Source of the DNA: Nostoc sp. | GTDB taxonomy: Bacteria; Cyanobacteriota; Cyanobacteriia; Cyanobacteriales; Nostocaceae | Direction of reading: 5' to 3' | Assembly (NCBI GenBank): GCA_036918135.1 | Contig: JBALDB010000027.1 | Span: 29,559 to 93,558 of the forward strand | Length of the DNA stretch: 64,000 nt | Part shown: piece by piece, positions 1 through 10,430 of the stretch | Numbering within the stretch: position 1 is the stretch's first letter | How the letters are laid out: each line of letters starts with the position of its first letter | The notes under the pieces: generated by a model | Told to the model about the DNA's origin: nothing | What the model saw: the letters and a program-made list of their open reading frames with translations, nothing else | The model's database searches: none | Program-made: the position numbers and the translations under genes

Positions 1-1408
1 CCTCTGCTCCCCTGCCCCTCTGCCCCTCTGCCTCCATCTCTCTTTGATTGGGAGTCATGCCTGCTTTTTCAGAAATATTCTCTAAGATTACAACCGATGT
101 ATCAATTGCTTGACCGACTCCTAATGTCAGACCTGCTAAACTAAACACATTCAAAGTCAAGCCAAATATTTTCATTAAAGCGATCGCAGCTAAAGTACAC
201 AGTGGTATCGTTAAACTGATAATCAACGTTTGCCTGAACGATCCCAAAAATAACAACACTGCTGCTGCTGCTAACAATGCCCCAGAAATCCCGGAAAAGA
301 TAACATCATTTAAAGAATTACGGATGAAAATAGATTCATCTGTGGTGGGATTCAAAGTCATGTCTGCTGGAATTAAGCCTGATTGCCGTAATTGTTCAAT
401 TCGCTGCTTCACAGCATCTACAACTGTGATTGTGTTGGCTTCAGGCTGCTTTTGAATGGAAAATTTCACAGCAGGCTGACGATTGAGATAAACAAATACT
501 CGCTGTTCTTCTGTATCGTCAATTACTTGTGCAAAGTCTCGCAAATAAACGCGGCGGGAAGGTGCAGGGGAAGTGGTAGTAATGGTAGTGGTATTACTGT
601 TATTAGTAGTATTAGCACTAGCAGCAGAAGAGGAGGAAACCTCCAAGGAAAGGTTTTCAATTTCCTTAGCATTTTGGAAGCGTCCGACAGTCCGAGTCAA
701 TGGCTCAGAGTTTTGCCCCAGAATCCGACCACCAGAAGTATCTTGGTTACGGGCTGTTAATTCATCTAATAGATTATTTAACCCTACACCCAAAGCTTGC
801 AATCGGTTCAAGTCAACAAGCACTCTTACTTCTTCTTCAGCACCACCAGATACATCAACCGAGGCGACTCCCGGCACAACACTGAGTTCACGGGTTAATT
901 CTTCATCAGCAAATACGCGTAAATCTTTACCTTGCAGAGAAGTAGATGTCAGTGCCAATTCATAAACTGGCAATTGGGAGGGATCGACTTTAAATAAGCG
1001 CGGTTCTTCTATGGTGTCTGGCAGTTGTCCTCGACCTCGGTTAAAAGCAGCAGTCGCATCGTTTAAGGCTTGGTCAATATCCCCCCCTGGTTGGAAGTAT
1101 AAATCGAGGCTTACCTGTCCTTCGCGGGTACGAGAAAAAACCTGCACTACATTCTCGGTTGCTGATAAAGCTTCTTCTAAGGGTCTAGTGATTTCATCTA
1201 CGGCTACTTCTGGTGAAATACCAGGGGCTTCTAGCCGAACGCCAATTCGGGGATAGGTAATTGACGGTAGCAGATCGACTTGGATTGTTGTCAAGAAAAA
1301 TACGCCAATGACAATTACTGCCACAGTGAGCATGAGTGTACCAATGTGTTTGCGGATAGCGATCGCACTAAGGCTAAATCCGCCATTGCTATTATTTGCT
1401 TGTTGCAT
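1..1408 (-). CDS. RND efflux transporter permease subunit (AcrB/HAE1 family), runs off the left edge of the window
   Basis: Manual translation from ATG at 1408: MQQANNSNGGFSLSAIAIRKHIGTLMLTVAVIVIGVFFLTTIQVDLLPSITYP...LNVFSLAGLTLGVGQAIDTSVVILENI; open to position 1; follows the adaptor gene. Confidence 0.93.
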   Translation of the reverse strand, partial: MQQANNSNGGFSLSAIAIRKHIGTLMLTVAVIVIGVFFLTTIQVDLLPSITYPRIGVRLEAPGISPEVAVDEITRPLEEALSATENVVQVFSRTREGQVSLDLYFQPGGDIDQALNDATAAFNRGRGQLPDTIEEPRLFKVDPSQLPVYELALTSTSLQGKDLRVFADEELTRELSVVPGVASVDVSGGAEEEVRVLVDLNRLQALGVGLNNLLDELTARNQDTSGGRILGQNSEPLTRTVGRFQNAKEIENLSLEVSSSSAASANTTNNSNTTTITTTSPAPSRRVYLRDFAQVIDDTEEQRVFVYLNRQPAVKFSIQKQPEANTITVVDAVKQRIEQLRQSGLIPADMTLNPTTDESIFIRNSLNDVIFSGISGALLAAAAVLLFLGSFRQTLIISLTIPLCTLAAIALMKIFGLTLNVFSLAGLTLGVGQAIDTSVVILENISEKAGMTPNQREMEAEGQRGRGAE

Positions 1409-1484
1409 AATAGATATTAAATGCTGAGTGCTAAGTGCTGATTACTGAGTACTTTTTTCATTCAGATGGTGGTTGCTCACCCTA

Positions 1485-3026
1485 CTATTGTTTTTCTGAA
1501 AGAATTGAAAGATTTACAGTGTCACCTTCTTTTAATGGCTTACCACTACGAACAACATAGCGTTCTCCCGCTTGCAAACCGGATAAAATTTCTACTTTGC
1601 TATCAGCTCTTTTTCCCAGCATTACGGCTCGTGCCGTTACCATAGTTTTGCCTTCTGTGTCTTTAATCACAAATATTGCTCCACTTTGGTCTTGTAACTT
1701 TGGCTGTGCGATGCCAGATGTATTAGGTGGGGAAGACTGCGATACATTTGTTTGTGTCTCCCCTGTAGCTTTGGAGTTATTATTGCCTGCTTTCTGAATT
1801 GCTGTTTGGGGCACTACAACGCGCTGTTGTGTTTGGTTTTCAAAATTGACTCTTGCCAGTAGCCCACTGCCAATTTTGCCGTCACTGTTAGGAATTACTA
1901 TTTCTACAGGTATCAAACGAGCTCTGACATCCGCAGCCGGGGAAATGCGTGTAACTGTGCCAATCAATGTTCGGTCGGGAAAGGCATCTAAGCGCACTTT
2001 CACAGACTGTCCAACCTGAATTTGTGCCAGTTCTAACTCGGAAACTTGGACAACAACTTTCACACGGTTAAAGTCGCCAATTTTTAAAACTTCATTACCT
2101 GCTTGCAATAGATTGCCGGGTTCTGTCACCTTTTCTGTGACCACGCCATTGATGGGGGATGTCAGCCGAGCGTAGGATCTACGCTCTTTGGTTTCGGCAA
2201 CCAATGCCTGTTGGGCTAAGACTCTGCCTTGAGCAGCGGCGACAGCTTGCTGTTGTGTACGGACTTGCTCTTGAGCTGCCCGCAATGCTTGGGCGGCTGT
2301 TTGTGCCTCGGTACGTGATTGCTGGGCAGTTTGTTCGGCGATCGCTCCGGCTTGGAATAGTTTCTGCTGACGTTGGGAGTCTGCTTGGGCTTGCACTACT
2401 TCTAGCCTCGCCCGTTCCACATCAGCACGAGCATTACTGACTTGAGTCGTTGCTCTTACTACTTCTGATTTGAGCGCTGCGAGTTCCGCTTCTGCTTGCT
2501 TTAAAGCCGTTAGTAGCAGGGCATCATCTAACTGTCCAACATTTTGCCCCTGCCTAACTGTATCGCCGACATCAAAGTTTAAAGCCAGCAGCCGTGCTTC
2601 TAATTGCGATCGTAGTGATACAATCCGAAATGCTGTTGTATTACCTGTGTATTCTGGTTGTGTTTGCAGCAAGTCTGTTCGAGCGATCGCCACATCTACA
2701 GGTATTCCACTGTTAACCTTCTCCTGCCCACCAGGACTCTGAGATTGTGCCTCGGCTGATTCCTTGGACAGCGATCCGCAACTTCCGATCAGCAGTCCTA
2801 TGCCCACCAAACAAGGAATTAATAAACTTCTCAAACCAGTGGAGGCAAAAAAATAATTTTCCTCTTTCCGACCTTTTGCACAACTGCTTTTTGCCAGAAC
2901 TCTACTCTTGACATCTGCATAAGCGCAGTCCGCCGCAGCGAAAAGTCCGAGCGGCGGTTTTTGCCGATCTGAACTTTTCAAGACAGGCATTGCTACCTCA
3001 GTCTTCACAACTGAATCTAAATGCAT
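1485..3026 (-). CDS. RND efflux periplasmic adaptor (membrane fusion protein); start uncertain
   Basis: Lipobox-like LLIGSC, lipoyl/coiled-coil hairpin, SPINGVV and ISPAAD motifs; adjacent to RND permease. Confidence 0.92.
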   Translation of the reverse strand: MHLDSVVKTEVAMPVLKSSDRQKPPLGLFAAADCAYADVKSRVLAKSSCAKGRKEENYFFASTGLRSLLIPCLVGIGLLIGSCGSLSKESAEAQSQSPGGQEKVNSGIPVDVAIARTDLLQTQPEYTGNTTAFRIVSLRSQLEARLLALNFDVGDTVRQGQNVGQLDDALLLTALKQAEAELAALKSEVVRATTQVSNARADVERARLEVVQAQADSQRQQKLFQAGAIAEQTAQQSRTEAQTAAQALRAAQEQVRTQQQAVAAAQGRVLAQQALVAETKERRSYARLTSPINGVVTEKVTEPGNLLQAGNEVLKIGDFNRVKVVVQVSELELAQIQVGQSVKVRLDAFPDRTLIGTVTRISPAADVRARLIPVEIVIPNSDGKIGSGLLARVNFENQTQQRVVVPQTAIQKAGNNNSKATGETQTNVSQSSPPNTSGIAQPKLQDQSGAIFVIKDTEGKTMVTARAVMLGKRADSKVEILSGLQAGERYVVRSGKPLKEGDTVNLSILSEKQ

Positions 3027-3691
3027 ATTATATTAACTGGGTATTGGTTACAAAATCCGTCATTTTCACCTATTTGTGCAGCTTATTCTATGTTCAAAAT
3101 CATTTATTTTTCTCCTTAGGGGAAGCCTTTGGGATTAAACACTCGTGTTTTCCCAAGTAATTCTCAGAGATATGATTAATCAAAAACGGCGAGAACGAAT
3201 AAGCTGTCTAACAAAAATTTTCTAAATACAGAAAATTACTGTTTTTTCTAAAAATCCCAAAATTCTCACCGCTCTACTTCTTATGCAGAGGTAGACAATC
3301 TTCTTGCAGCTAATCAATTATAAACTTAATATAAATATTTTTTAGTTTTCTACAATCTACCCAGAGGAGAAAACTGGCTCCCCTACCTATATTTCACGCA
3401 ATCAAGTATATAAGTCCTATAGTTTTTCAAATATATTAAGAATAAAGATTTCTAATTTTATTGGTCATTAGTGATTAATTATTCTCCCTGTACCCCTCTG
3501 GTTCCCCGTACCTGAAGCCCGCCTGTCTTCTCCCGCATCCCCCCTTGTCCCCATTTCCCTAGTCCCCAGTTCCTAATCCCCAGTCCCAAATGGACACTAA
3601 GCTAGTTAACATAACTTTTTATAACAGTTTTTTAAACTTTACCTCAGACAGTCGATTGTTGTGTCATCATGGGAAATGAAATGAGAATTAA

Positions 3692-3793
3692 TTCGGCGAC
3701 AGTGTTTGTTCTTAGTATTGACAGGCTTTTTCCTTTTGGTATTACAGACTTCTCTCCGAAATCTAAATCTCTACATAGTTATGATTTTGGAGA
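3692..3793 (+). promoter_or_regulatory. Conserved rbp 5' UTR boxes (box III, box II, box I, RBS)
   Basis: TTCGGCGA 3692-3699, TTTGTTCTTAGT 3705-3716, TCTCCGAA 3753-3760 and TTTGGAGA 3786-3793 match the boxes known from cold-inducible Anabaena rbp leaders. Confidence 0.8.
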
Positions 3794-3799
3794 TATTTG

Positions 3800-4108
3800 A
3801 TGTCAATTTACGTAGGTAACCTCTCCTATGAAGTTACACAAGAAGCGCTGAGTGCTGTTTTTGCAGAATATGGTTCTGTAAAGCGCGTCCAGCTACCTAC
3901 TGACCGCGAAACAGGTCGTTTACGCGGCTTTGGTTTTGTGGAAATGAGTTCCGATGCTGAAGAAGCAGCTGCCATTGAAGCTCTTGATGGTGCTGAATGG
4001 CTAGGTCGTGACTTGAAAGTAAATAAAGCCAAGCCCAGAGAAGACAGAGGTGGTTCCTTTGGTGGTGGTAACCGTGGCGGTGGCGGCTACAACCGTAACC
4101 GTTACTAA
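3800..4108 (+). CDS. rbp: RRM RNA-binding protein with Gly-rich tail (RbpA family)
   Basis: RNP2 IYVGNL, RNP1 RGFGFVEM, GGSFGGGNRGGGG tail; ATG at 3800. Confidence 0.96.
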   Translation: MSIYVGNLSYEVTQEALSAVFAEYGSVKRVQLPTDRETGRLRGFGFVEMSSDAEEAAAIEALDGAEWLGRDLKVNKAKPREDRGGSFGGGNRGGGGYNRNRY

Positions 4109-4143
4109 GCCAAATAAAAAGAAAGTAAGTTAATTGAATCTGG

Positions 4144-4175
4144 AAAAAGCTCAGGTAGCAATGCTTGAGCTTTTT
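4144..4175. terminator. Bidirectional intrinsic terminator after rbp
   Basis: AAAAAGCTCAGGTA-GCAA-TGCTTGAGCTTTTT. Confidence 0.8.
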
Positions 4176-4316
4176 CTATGGAAAAAGAATTCAGAATTGA
4201 GAATTGGTGAATATTCTACGCATAAAGCGAAAAGTCAAAGCTAAAGCTTGCAGCAGTCTATTAGCGTAGTGTTAGCTATGCAATTAAAAACTGGTCAACA
4301 GATAAATTGTGCTTAA

Positions 4317-6311
4317 TCAAGCAATCCTGTTAGCTTTTACAGGAATTTCAATTACAAACTTTGTGCCTTGCCCTAACGTAGAGTCACACCAAAGATTACC
4401 GCTATGCTGCTGGGTCACAATTTGATAGCTTACAAACAAACCCAAGCCAGTGCCTTTGCCAACGGGTTTAGTGGTGAAGAAAGGATCGAATAGTTTAGAG
4501 CAAATCTCTTTGGGAATGCCTATTCCATTGTCAGAAATCATAATTATCACTTGGTTTGTATCGATTTGAGAAGTCTGAATGCAGATGGCATTGAGATTGG
4601 CTGAAATCTTTTGCAACGAACGCCCCAGATTAGATTCTTCTAATGCATCAATAGCATTGCTCAAAAGATTCATAAACACTTGATTAAGGGAGCCAGCATC
4701 ACATTCAATCAGTGGTAACTCACCATACTTTTTAATAACCTGGATTTCTGGGCGAGTAGTTGTCGCTTGCAATCGATGTTGTAAAATAACTAAGCTACTA
4801 TCAATTCCTTGATGAATGTCTACCGCTTTCAATTCTGCTTCATCTAAGCGCGAGAAGTTCCGCAGCGATAACACAATACTAGAGATGCGCTCGGTACCGA
4901 TTTTCATGGACTGAAGAATCTTGGTCATATCTTCCCGTAAAAAGTCCAGTTCAAGTTTATCCAATTCTGTATGCAGGGCTTGAGGTGGATTTGGATAGTG
5001 CTGTTGGTAAGCTTGCAATGCTCTGAGTAAATCTCGGATATGCTCAGAAAGATAAATTAAGTTGCCATGAATGAAACTAATCGGGTTATTGATTTCATGG
5101 GCAACCCCTGCCACCATCTGTCCCAATGCAGACATTTTTTCACTCTGAAGCATCTGTAATTGAGTTTGTTTAAGCGTTTGTAGGGTTTGCTGAAGAGTCG
5201 TATTCTTTTGATTCAATTCTTCAGTTCTCTGCTGAACTCGAATTTCCAGAGTTTCATTAGTTCTAGCTAATTCGGCAAAAGCTAAACGCAGCTTGGTTTC
5301 TGCTTGTACTCGTTCTGCGATGGTCGCTGTCAGCACCAGAATAGTGAGTGTAATCACGCCAATAAATAATTCCAGCTGGAGCAAAGATTGGTTGAGATCC
5401 TCACTCACAAAACCACCTTTACCATTGACAGTTGCGATCGCTGCGATCGCAGCCACAATAAAAGTTAACAGTGTTGTACCCGGTTGCCCTAGTCGAAAGG
5501 CTGACCAAATCAACATTGGAATCAACATATACTCCAAGTGATATCCTTCACCAAAAGCAACTTTGCCGATGAGAATCACCAACCCAATTAGGATAACTGG
5601 CTCTATTACGATTAAGCAGAATTTTAAACGGCTTGAGGAAGTTGGAGAGTGTCGAATCTTAGAGAGATTTTCAGAATCCTCTAACCTGGAACTTAGGGAT
5701 AACCATTGCCAGATTAAATGTCGGTTTTTTTGAATAAACTGCCTCCAACTAAGGAGAATTGGGGTGACAATAAAAATTCCTGAAACATTAGAAATCCACC
5801 AAGTTAACCAAACTGTGCCATACGCTGTCCAGGGAACTTTACCACTCAACGCCAAGCAAGCCACTCCAACTGTTGCATTGATGTTCGGCCCCACCATGCC
5901 AGTTAAGATCAAAAATTTGAACACGTCGGTGACACGTTCTAAGGGATAGCGAAGGTTAGTAGTTTTCCGCAGCAAAAACGCACCCAACATAGTCCCCAAG
6001 GTTGTGCCGATCGCAATTCCTAGAACTGGCAGGGTTGAAATCACAAGGGATAAGAAACTTGTTGAATCTCGGAATGCCCAGAAGTTGGCGAGAAATGAAC
6101 CCAACAAAACACCGTATCCCATCCAGTTACCAAACAACAGAACAGCTCCAGCAGCAATTCCATCCGGAGGCCAAACTGGAGTCACATCTTGAGGTGTAGA
6201 GGCAAGATGACGTGAAATCTCAGCCATTTGATAGTAAGCGATCGCCAAAACAACGACGCCTCCGATTTGTTTTAGTGCATAAGGTAATATAGGGAATTTT
6301 TGTTGAATCAT
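4317..6311 (-). CDS. MASE1-domain membrane sensor histidine kinase
   Basis: N-terminal PVWPPDGIA multi-TM MASE1 region; H-box VAHEINNP; N/G boxes QVFMNLLSNA, DNGIGI, GKGTGLGL. Confidence 0.93.
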   Translation of the reverse strand: MIQQKFPILPYALKQIGGVVVLAIAYYQMAEISRHLASTPQDVTPVWPPDGIAAGAVLLFGNWMGYGVLLGSFLANFWAFRDSTSFLSLVISTLPVLGIAIGTTLGTMLGAFLLRKTTNLRYPLERVTDVFKFLILTGMVGPNINATVGVACLALSGKVPWTAYGTVWLTWWISNVSGIFIVTPILLSWRQFIQKNRHLIWQWLSLSSRLEDSENLSKIRHSPTSSSRLKFCLIVIEPVILIGLVILIGKVAFGEGYHLEYMLIPMLIWSAFRLGQPGTTLLTFIVAAIAAIATVNGKGGFVSEDLNQSLLQLELFIGVITLTILVLTATIAERVQAETKLRLAFAELARTNETLEIRVQQRTEELNQKNTTLQQTLQTLKQTQLQMLQSEKMSALGQMVAGVAHEINNPISFIHGNLIYLSEHIRDLLRALQAYQQHYPNPPQALHTELDKLELDFLREDMTKILQSMKIGTERISSIVLSLRNFSRLDEAELKAVDIHQGIDSSLVILQHRLQATTTRPEIQVIKKYGELPLIECDAGSLNQVFMNLLSNAIDALEESNLGRSLQKISANLNAICIQTSQIDTNQVIIMISDNGIGIPKEICSKLFDPFFTTKPVGKGTGLGLFVSYQIVTQQHSGNLWCDSTLGQGTKFVIEIPVKANRIA

Positions 6312-6496
6312 CGTTTAGTGGCTGCTCGATCTCAACGTTGCCTTCTAAACATAGAATGCCCTTTTCTCTTAAAGTCGGAACATTAAGTAGTTATAAAACT
6401 AGTTTACAAAAAGCATTAAAACCTAGCTTTAGCACTTCACAATTAGCGATCGGTTATCAACTCCGAACGACGTAATTTATTTCTTGGAGTTACAAA

Positions 6497-6693
6497 GAAG
6501 GCAGGAGGCAGAAGGAAATAAGTATTAATAAAAACTTTAGTTCTGGGTCTAAAGCCGATTTTAAAGAGGATACTGGTACGAGCGGAAAGTGCCACGAGAT
6601 ACAAAGCGTCCTTGCTTCAATCCCACGTTTTCGTGGCTTCCTCCTGCCTTTTGCCTCCTATCTCCTGCCCCCTGCCTCCTGCCTCCTGCCTCC
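6497..6693. repeat. Composite intergenic element bounded by inverted GCAGGAG/CTCCTGC heptamer repeats
   Basis: GAAGGCAGGAGGCAGAAGG on the left, (CTCCTGC)n on the right. Confidence 0.55.
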
Positions 6694-6697
6694 TGAA

Positions 6698-8410
6698 CTA
6701 ATAATGAGTTGCTGACTTGCGATGATGCACGGCTGTGACGCCATCGGTGTCTAACAGTTTGCCATTATCGATAGTTGCATAAACCAGCCAATGGTCGCCA
6801 GATTCCATCCGGTTTTCTACGGAACATTCGAGATATGCTAAAGCATCATTCAATATCGGAGAACCGTTTTGTGCTTCTTGTGCGGCGACACCAGCAAATC
6901 GGTCTTGTCCTGGGCCAAAAGGTTTGAGGAAGTGCTTCATCAATCCTAAGTGATTGCCTTCTTTGAGGATGTTGAGGACAAATTTATTTCCTGAGTGCGT
7001 CAAACTTTCTACGGCACGGTCTTTGGCAACAGCAACGGTTAAACCAGGAGGATTAAAGCTAGCCTGAGACACCCAAGAGGCTAACATGGCGCTGGATATA
7101 TCCTCTTGTTTAGCTGTGAGAACGCACAGGGAACCAATAATTCGCCCAACTGCTTGTTCAACGTTGGTAGCGGGAACACTTTGCGATCGCACTTTTTTCG
7201 CTTTTTTCAATGCTTGGGCAAAGTCAGTACCAGCTTGTTCGCACAATTGCAAGGTAGCATCGTCGGGTTTGAATTTGACGCGAATGCTCTCAAAGCCAAA
7301 CCGATATCCAGCATCTTTCAATTTGCTTTCAATTAAATCAACCGCTTCACCACTCCAGCCAAAGGAACCAAACACACCAGCAAGTTTATTATTAGTAGCC
7401 GTGGCTAGCACAATTCCTAAAGCTGTTTGCACGGGTGTGGGTGCATGACCGCCAAGGGTAGGGGAACCCATAATAAAGCCAGCAGATTTTTCCACAGCAG
7501 CCCGGATATCTTCTGGGTCGGTGAATTCGCAGTTAATCGATTCTACCGCAACGCCTGCTTTGGTGATCCCACGAGCGATCGCTTGGGCTAAGGTAGCTGT
7601 ATTTCCATAGGCTGATGCATAAATCAAAGCTACTGTCAAGTCCGCAGAAGTTTGCTGCTGGCTCCATTCTCGGTAAGCTTTGGTAAGTTCGATTAAGCCA
7701 TAGCGCACCAAAGGGCCATGTCCAGTGGCGTACATTCGCACAGGGAAATCTGCAAGTTTTTCCAGCGCTGTTTCGACTTGACGAGCGTGTGGAGCCATCA
7801 AACAATCAAAATAATAGCGGCGATGTTCGTTATAGATTTCCCAGCCTTCATCAAATACCTGGTCTCCACAAACATGCGCCCCAAATAACTTATCTGAGTA
7901 GAGAATTTCTGTTAGGGGATCGTAGGTGCAAAGGTGGTCTGCATAGCGGGGATTGGGGGTGGGAATAAATTCTAAATTATGTCCATTGCCCAAATCCAGA
8001 GTTTCTTCTCCCCGCATTACCAGAATTTGTAAATCTGGATTTTCCAGCGCCCCGCGTAAATTTTTTGCTCCTGGATTAGAACAAACAAAAGTAATTTGTG
8101 GGGCAATTTCTAGTAAAGCTTTTAAAGTTGTAGCGCGGTTGGGGTTAACGTGTCCCAAAATTACATAATCTAGTTTTGTAAAATCAAAACGCTGCTGCAA
8201 TGCATCTAAATAAATTTGGGTAAATGTTTCCCCAGGAGGGTCAATTAGGGCATTTTTCTCGCTTTCAATTAAATAAGAATTAGCAGTTGTACCTTTAGCC
8301 AGAGCATATTCAATTTCAAATCTCAGCCTTGACCAACTGCGCGATCGCAGTATTCTTGTATCTGTAGCAATGGGGAAAACTTGAACGTCACGAGGTTTGT
8401 TTATTGACAT
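6698..8410 (-). CDS. flv1A: Flavodiiron protein Flv1-type (Flv1A-like)
   Basis: Metallo-beta-lactamase-like, flavodoxin (YASAYGNT) and flavin reductase domains; non-canonical GHVNPNR; true start MSINKPRDVQ at 8410. Confidence 0.88.
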   Translation of the reverse strand: MSINKPRDVQVFPIATDTRILRSRSWSRLRFEIEYALAKGTTANSYLIESEKNALIDPPGETFTQIYLDALQQRFDFTKLDYVILGHVNPNRATTLKALLEIAPQITFVCSNPGAKNLRGALENPDLQILVMRGEETLDLGNGHNLEFIPTPNPRYADHLCTYDPLTEILYSDKLFGAHVCGDQVFDEGWEIYNEHRRYYFDCLMAPHARQVETALEKLADFPVRMYATGHGPLVRYGLIELTKAYREWSQQQTSADLTVALIYASAYGNTATLAQAIARGITKAGVAVESINCEFTDPEDIRAAVEKSAGFIMGSPTLGGHAPTPVQTALGIVLATATNNKLAGVFGSFGWSGEAVDLIESKLKDAGYRFGFESIRVKFKPDDATLQLCEQAGTDFAQALKKAKKVRSQSVPATNVEQAVGRIIGSLCVLTAKQEDISSAMLASWVSQASFNPPGLTVAVAKDRAVESLTHSGNKFVLNILKEGNHLGLMKHFLKPFGPGQDRFAGVAAQEAQNGSPILNDALAYLECSVENRMESGDHWLVYATIDNGKLLDTDGVTAVHHRKSATHY

Positions 8411-8419
8411 AGCTTTATT

Positions 8420-8598
8420 GGAGATTGGGGACTGGGGACTGGGAGATGGGGAGATAGGGAAGTGTGGGGAGTGTGGGGAGTGTGGGGAGTGTGGGGAGAG
8501 AAAGGCGGAAAGATTTCTTCCCCATCCTCCCAGACCTCCCACACCTCCCACACTACCGACTTACCCCATGCCCAATCCCCAATACCTAATCCCTAGTC
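8420..8598 (+). repeat. Dispersed G-rich/C-rich palindromic element, copy A
   Basis: (GTGTGGGGA)n - AAGATTTCTTCCCCATCCTCCCA - (CACCTCCCA)n, flanked by STRR. Confidence 0.85.
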
Positions 8599-8599
8599 T

Positions 8600-10324
8600 C
8601 TAATAATGGTTTCCAACTTTTCTGTGATGTATAGCAGTCAAGGCATCTGGCTTAGAAACTCGTCCGGCATAGACGGTGCTGTATACTGCCCAATGGTCGC
8701 CGCAGTCCATTCTACTGACGACTTCGCACTCCATATAGGCGAGGGCGTCAGTGAGGATGGGGGCACCATTTTCAGCTGGCTGAGTTCTCACTCCTTGAAA
8801 ACGGTCTGCACCAGGAGCAAACCGTTTCAAAAAGTGCTTCATCAGTGGTTGAAAATTGGCTTGTTCTAAGACATTAAGCACAAAGCGATCGCCTACTTGC
8901 ATGAGAGATTCAATTGCTCGGTCTTTGGCGACTGCAATGGAAAATCCTAAGGGTTTGAAACTGGCTTGAGCAACCCAAGAGGCTAACATGGCACTGGAAA
9001 CGTCACCTTTTTTGGCAGTGATAATATATAGTCCGCCGCTGAGTCTACCTAGTGCTTTGTCCAAGTCCGCACCAAGCGATTTCATCACTTTGATGCTGCG
9101 GTCGCGTGTTACCCATTGACCTAAGTCTGTACCCGCTTCTTCACACAGTTTGTAGATGTTTTCTGTGGGTGTTTCCTTAATCCGAATTGCTGGGAAAATG
9201 GTTGTCAAGCCCAAATTTCGGAATTTACTCAGCAAAGGATCTATCGGTTCATCATCGCCGCCGCCAGTTTCAAATACGCCGATGGCTTGCTTTTCTTTGG
9301 CAGATCCTAAAATTGTGCTGAGTGCAGCTTGGATGTTAGCAGCGCCAGAAGCCGGAGGTAAACCAACAATTAATCCAGCACAGCGACCGACTAGTTCCCG
9401 CAACTCTTGTAAATCCACTTCCGATCCCAAGTCCACAATTTCTATACCAACATTGGTTTTGCCGATCCCGTTGGCAATTGCATGGGCGAGGCGATCGCTA
9501 TAACCGTATTCAGAAACGTAAAATATCCCAATAATTGTTTCTGCCTTGGTTTGGGTTTGGCTCCAAGTCCGGTAACGTCCAACTAGTTCCTCAACATTGT
9601 GAGATAATAACGGCCCGTGACCAGTGGCGATCGTGGCGATAGTTTTTAATTCCCCCATCCGCTTGAGGGCAGATAGCACTGACCGGGCGTTTGGGCCCAT
9701 CAAGCATTCGTAGTAATATTTAAAGTCTGCTTCAATAGTTTTTAAATCTTCATCGAAGGTGCTATCGGAACAATAATGCATCCCGAAAGCATCGCAGGTA
9801 AAAAGAATTTGCGTTTTGTGGTCGAAGCTGAAGATGGTATCCGGCCAGTGTAAATTTGGTGCAATTACAAATTCAAATTCATGACCGTTACCTAAATCTA
9901 AGCGATCGCCATTTTTGACAATCTGGCGTTTAAATGGCTGATGTACCAAATTCTCCAAAAACTGAATTGCTACCCTGGAAGCGACAACAGTAATATCCGG
10001 AGCCATTTGCAGCAAATCTTTCACTAAACCGCTATGGTCTGGCTCGGTGTGGCTGATAATCAAATAATCTATTTGTTTGGGGTTGATTAATCCCGTGAGC
10101 GTATCAAAATATAGTTGACGAAACTTTTCGTGGGAGGTATCGACCAATGCGGTCTGCTCCCCCCGAATGAGAAACGAGTTATAAGTAGTACCGTTTTGCA
10201 GACCGAACTCAATATCGAAGCGATCGCGATCCCAATCTAGCGAGCGAATTGCTGTTGTATCTTGAGCGATTTCCACAGTCTGTATGGTGAGCCGTTTTTC
10301 AGTTTTTTCGCTGAGTGCTACCAT
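8600..10324 (-). CDS. flv3A: Flavodiiron protein Flv3-type (Flv3A-like)
   Basis: Canonical SHTEPDH, HWPD, CDAFG and GHGP diiron motifs; start MVALSEKTEKR with GGAG RBS. Confidence 0.9.
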   Translation of the reverse strand: MVALSEKTEKRLTIQTVEIAQDTTAIRSLDWDRDRFDIEFGLQNGTTYNSFLIRGEQTALVDTSHEKFRQLYFDTLTGLINPKQIDYLIISHTEPDHSGLVKDLLQMAPDITVVASRVAIQFLENLVHQPFKRQIVKNGDRLDLGNGHEFEFVIAPNLHWPDTIFSFDHKTQILFTCDAFGMHYCSDSTFDEDLKTIEADFKYYYECLMGPNARSVLSALKRMGELKTIATIATGHGPLLSHNVEELVGRYRTWSQTQTKAETIIGIFYVSEYGYSDRLAHAIANGIGKTNVGIEIVDLGSEVDLQELRELVGRCAGLIVGLPPASGAANIQAALSTILGSAKEKQAIGVFETGGGDDEPIDPLLSKFRNLGLTTIFPAIRIKETPTENIYKLCEEAGTDLGQWVTRDRSIKVMKSLGADLDKALGRLSGGLYIITAKKGDVSSAMLASWVAQASFKPLGFSIAVAKDRAIESLMQVGDRFVLNVLEQANFQPLMKHFLKRFAPGADRFQGVRTQPAENGAPILTDALAYMECEVVSRMDCGDHWAVYSTVYAGRVSKPDALTAIHHRKVGNHY

Positions 10325-10430
10325 AACTCCCCTCCTTGACAAATTGAGTATTTATTCCTCTTGTCTTATTGTGCCACGCCTTTAATGTAAATTTTTATTA
10401 ATTTTTAAGATTTAAGTTAAAAACAATCAA

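Noticed and set aside
392..1256. Plus-strand ORFs over the RND permease and similar antisense ORFs over cphA, carB, argH and radA
   Set aside because: Shadow frames opposite well-supported genes.
8100..8170. Non-canonical metal motif GHVNPNR in the flavodiiron protein
   Set aside because: This is a known property of Flv1/Flv2-type proteins, not a novelty.
8411..8551. 47-aa N-terminal extension of Flv1A in the ORF track
   Set aside because: It translates an intergenic repeat element; the real start is at 8410.
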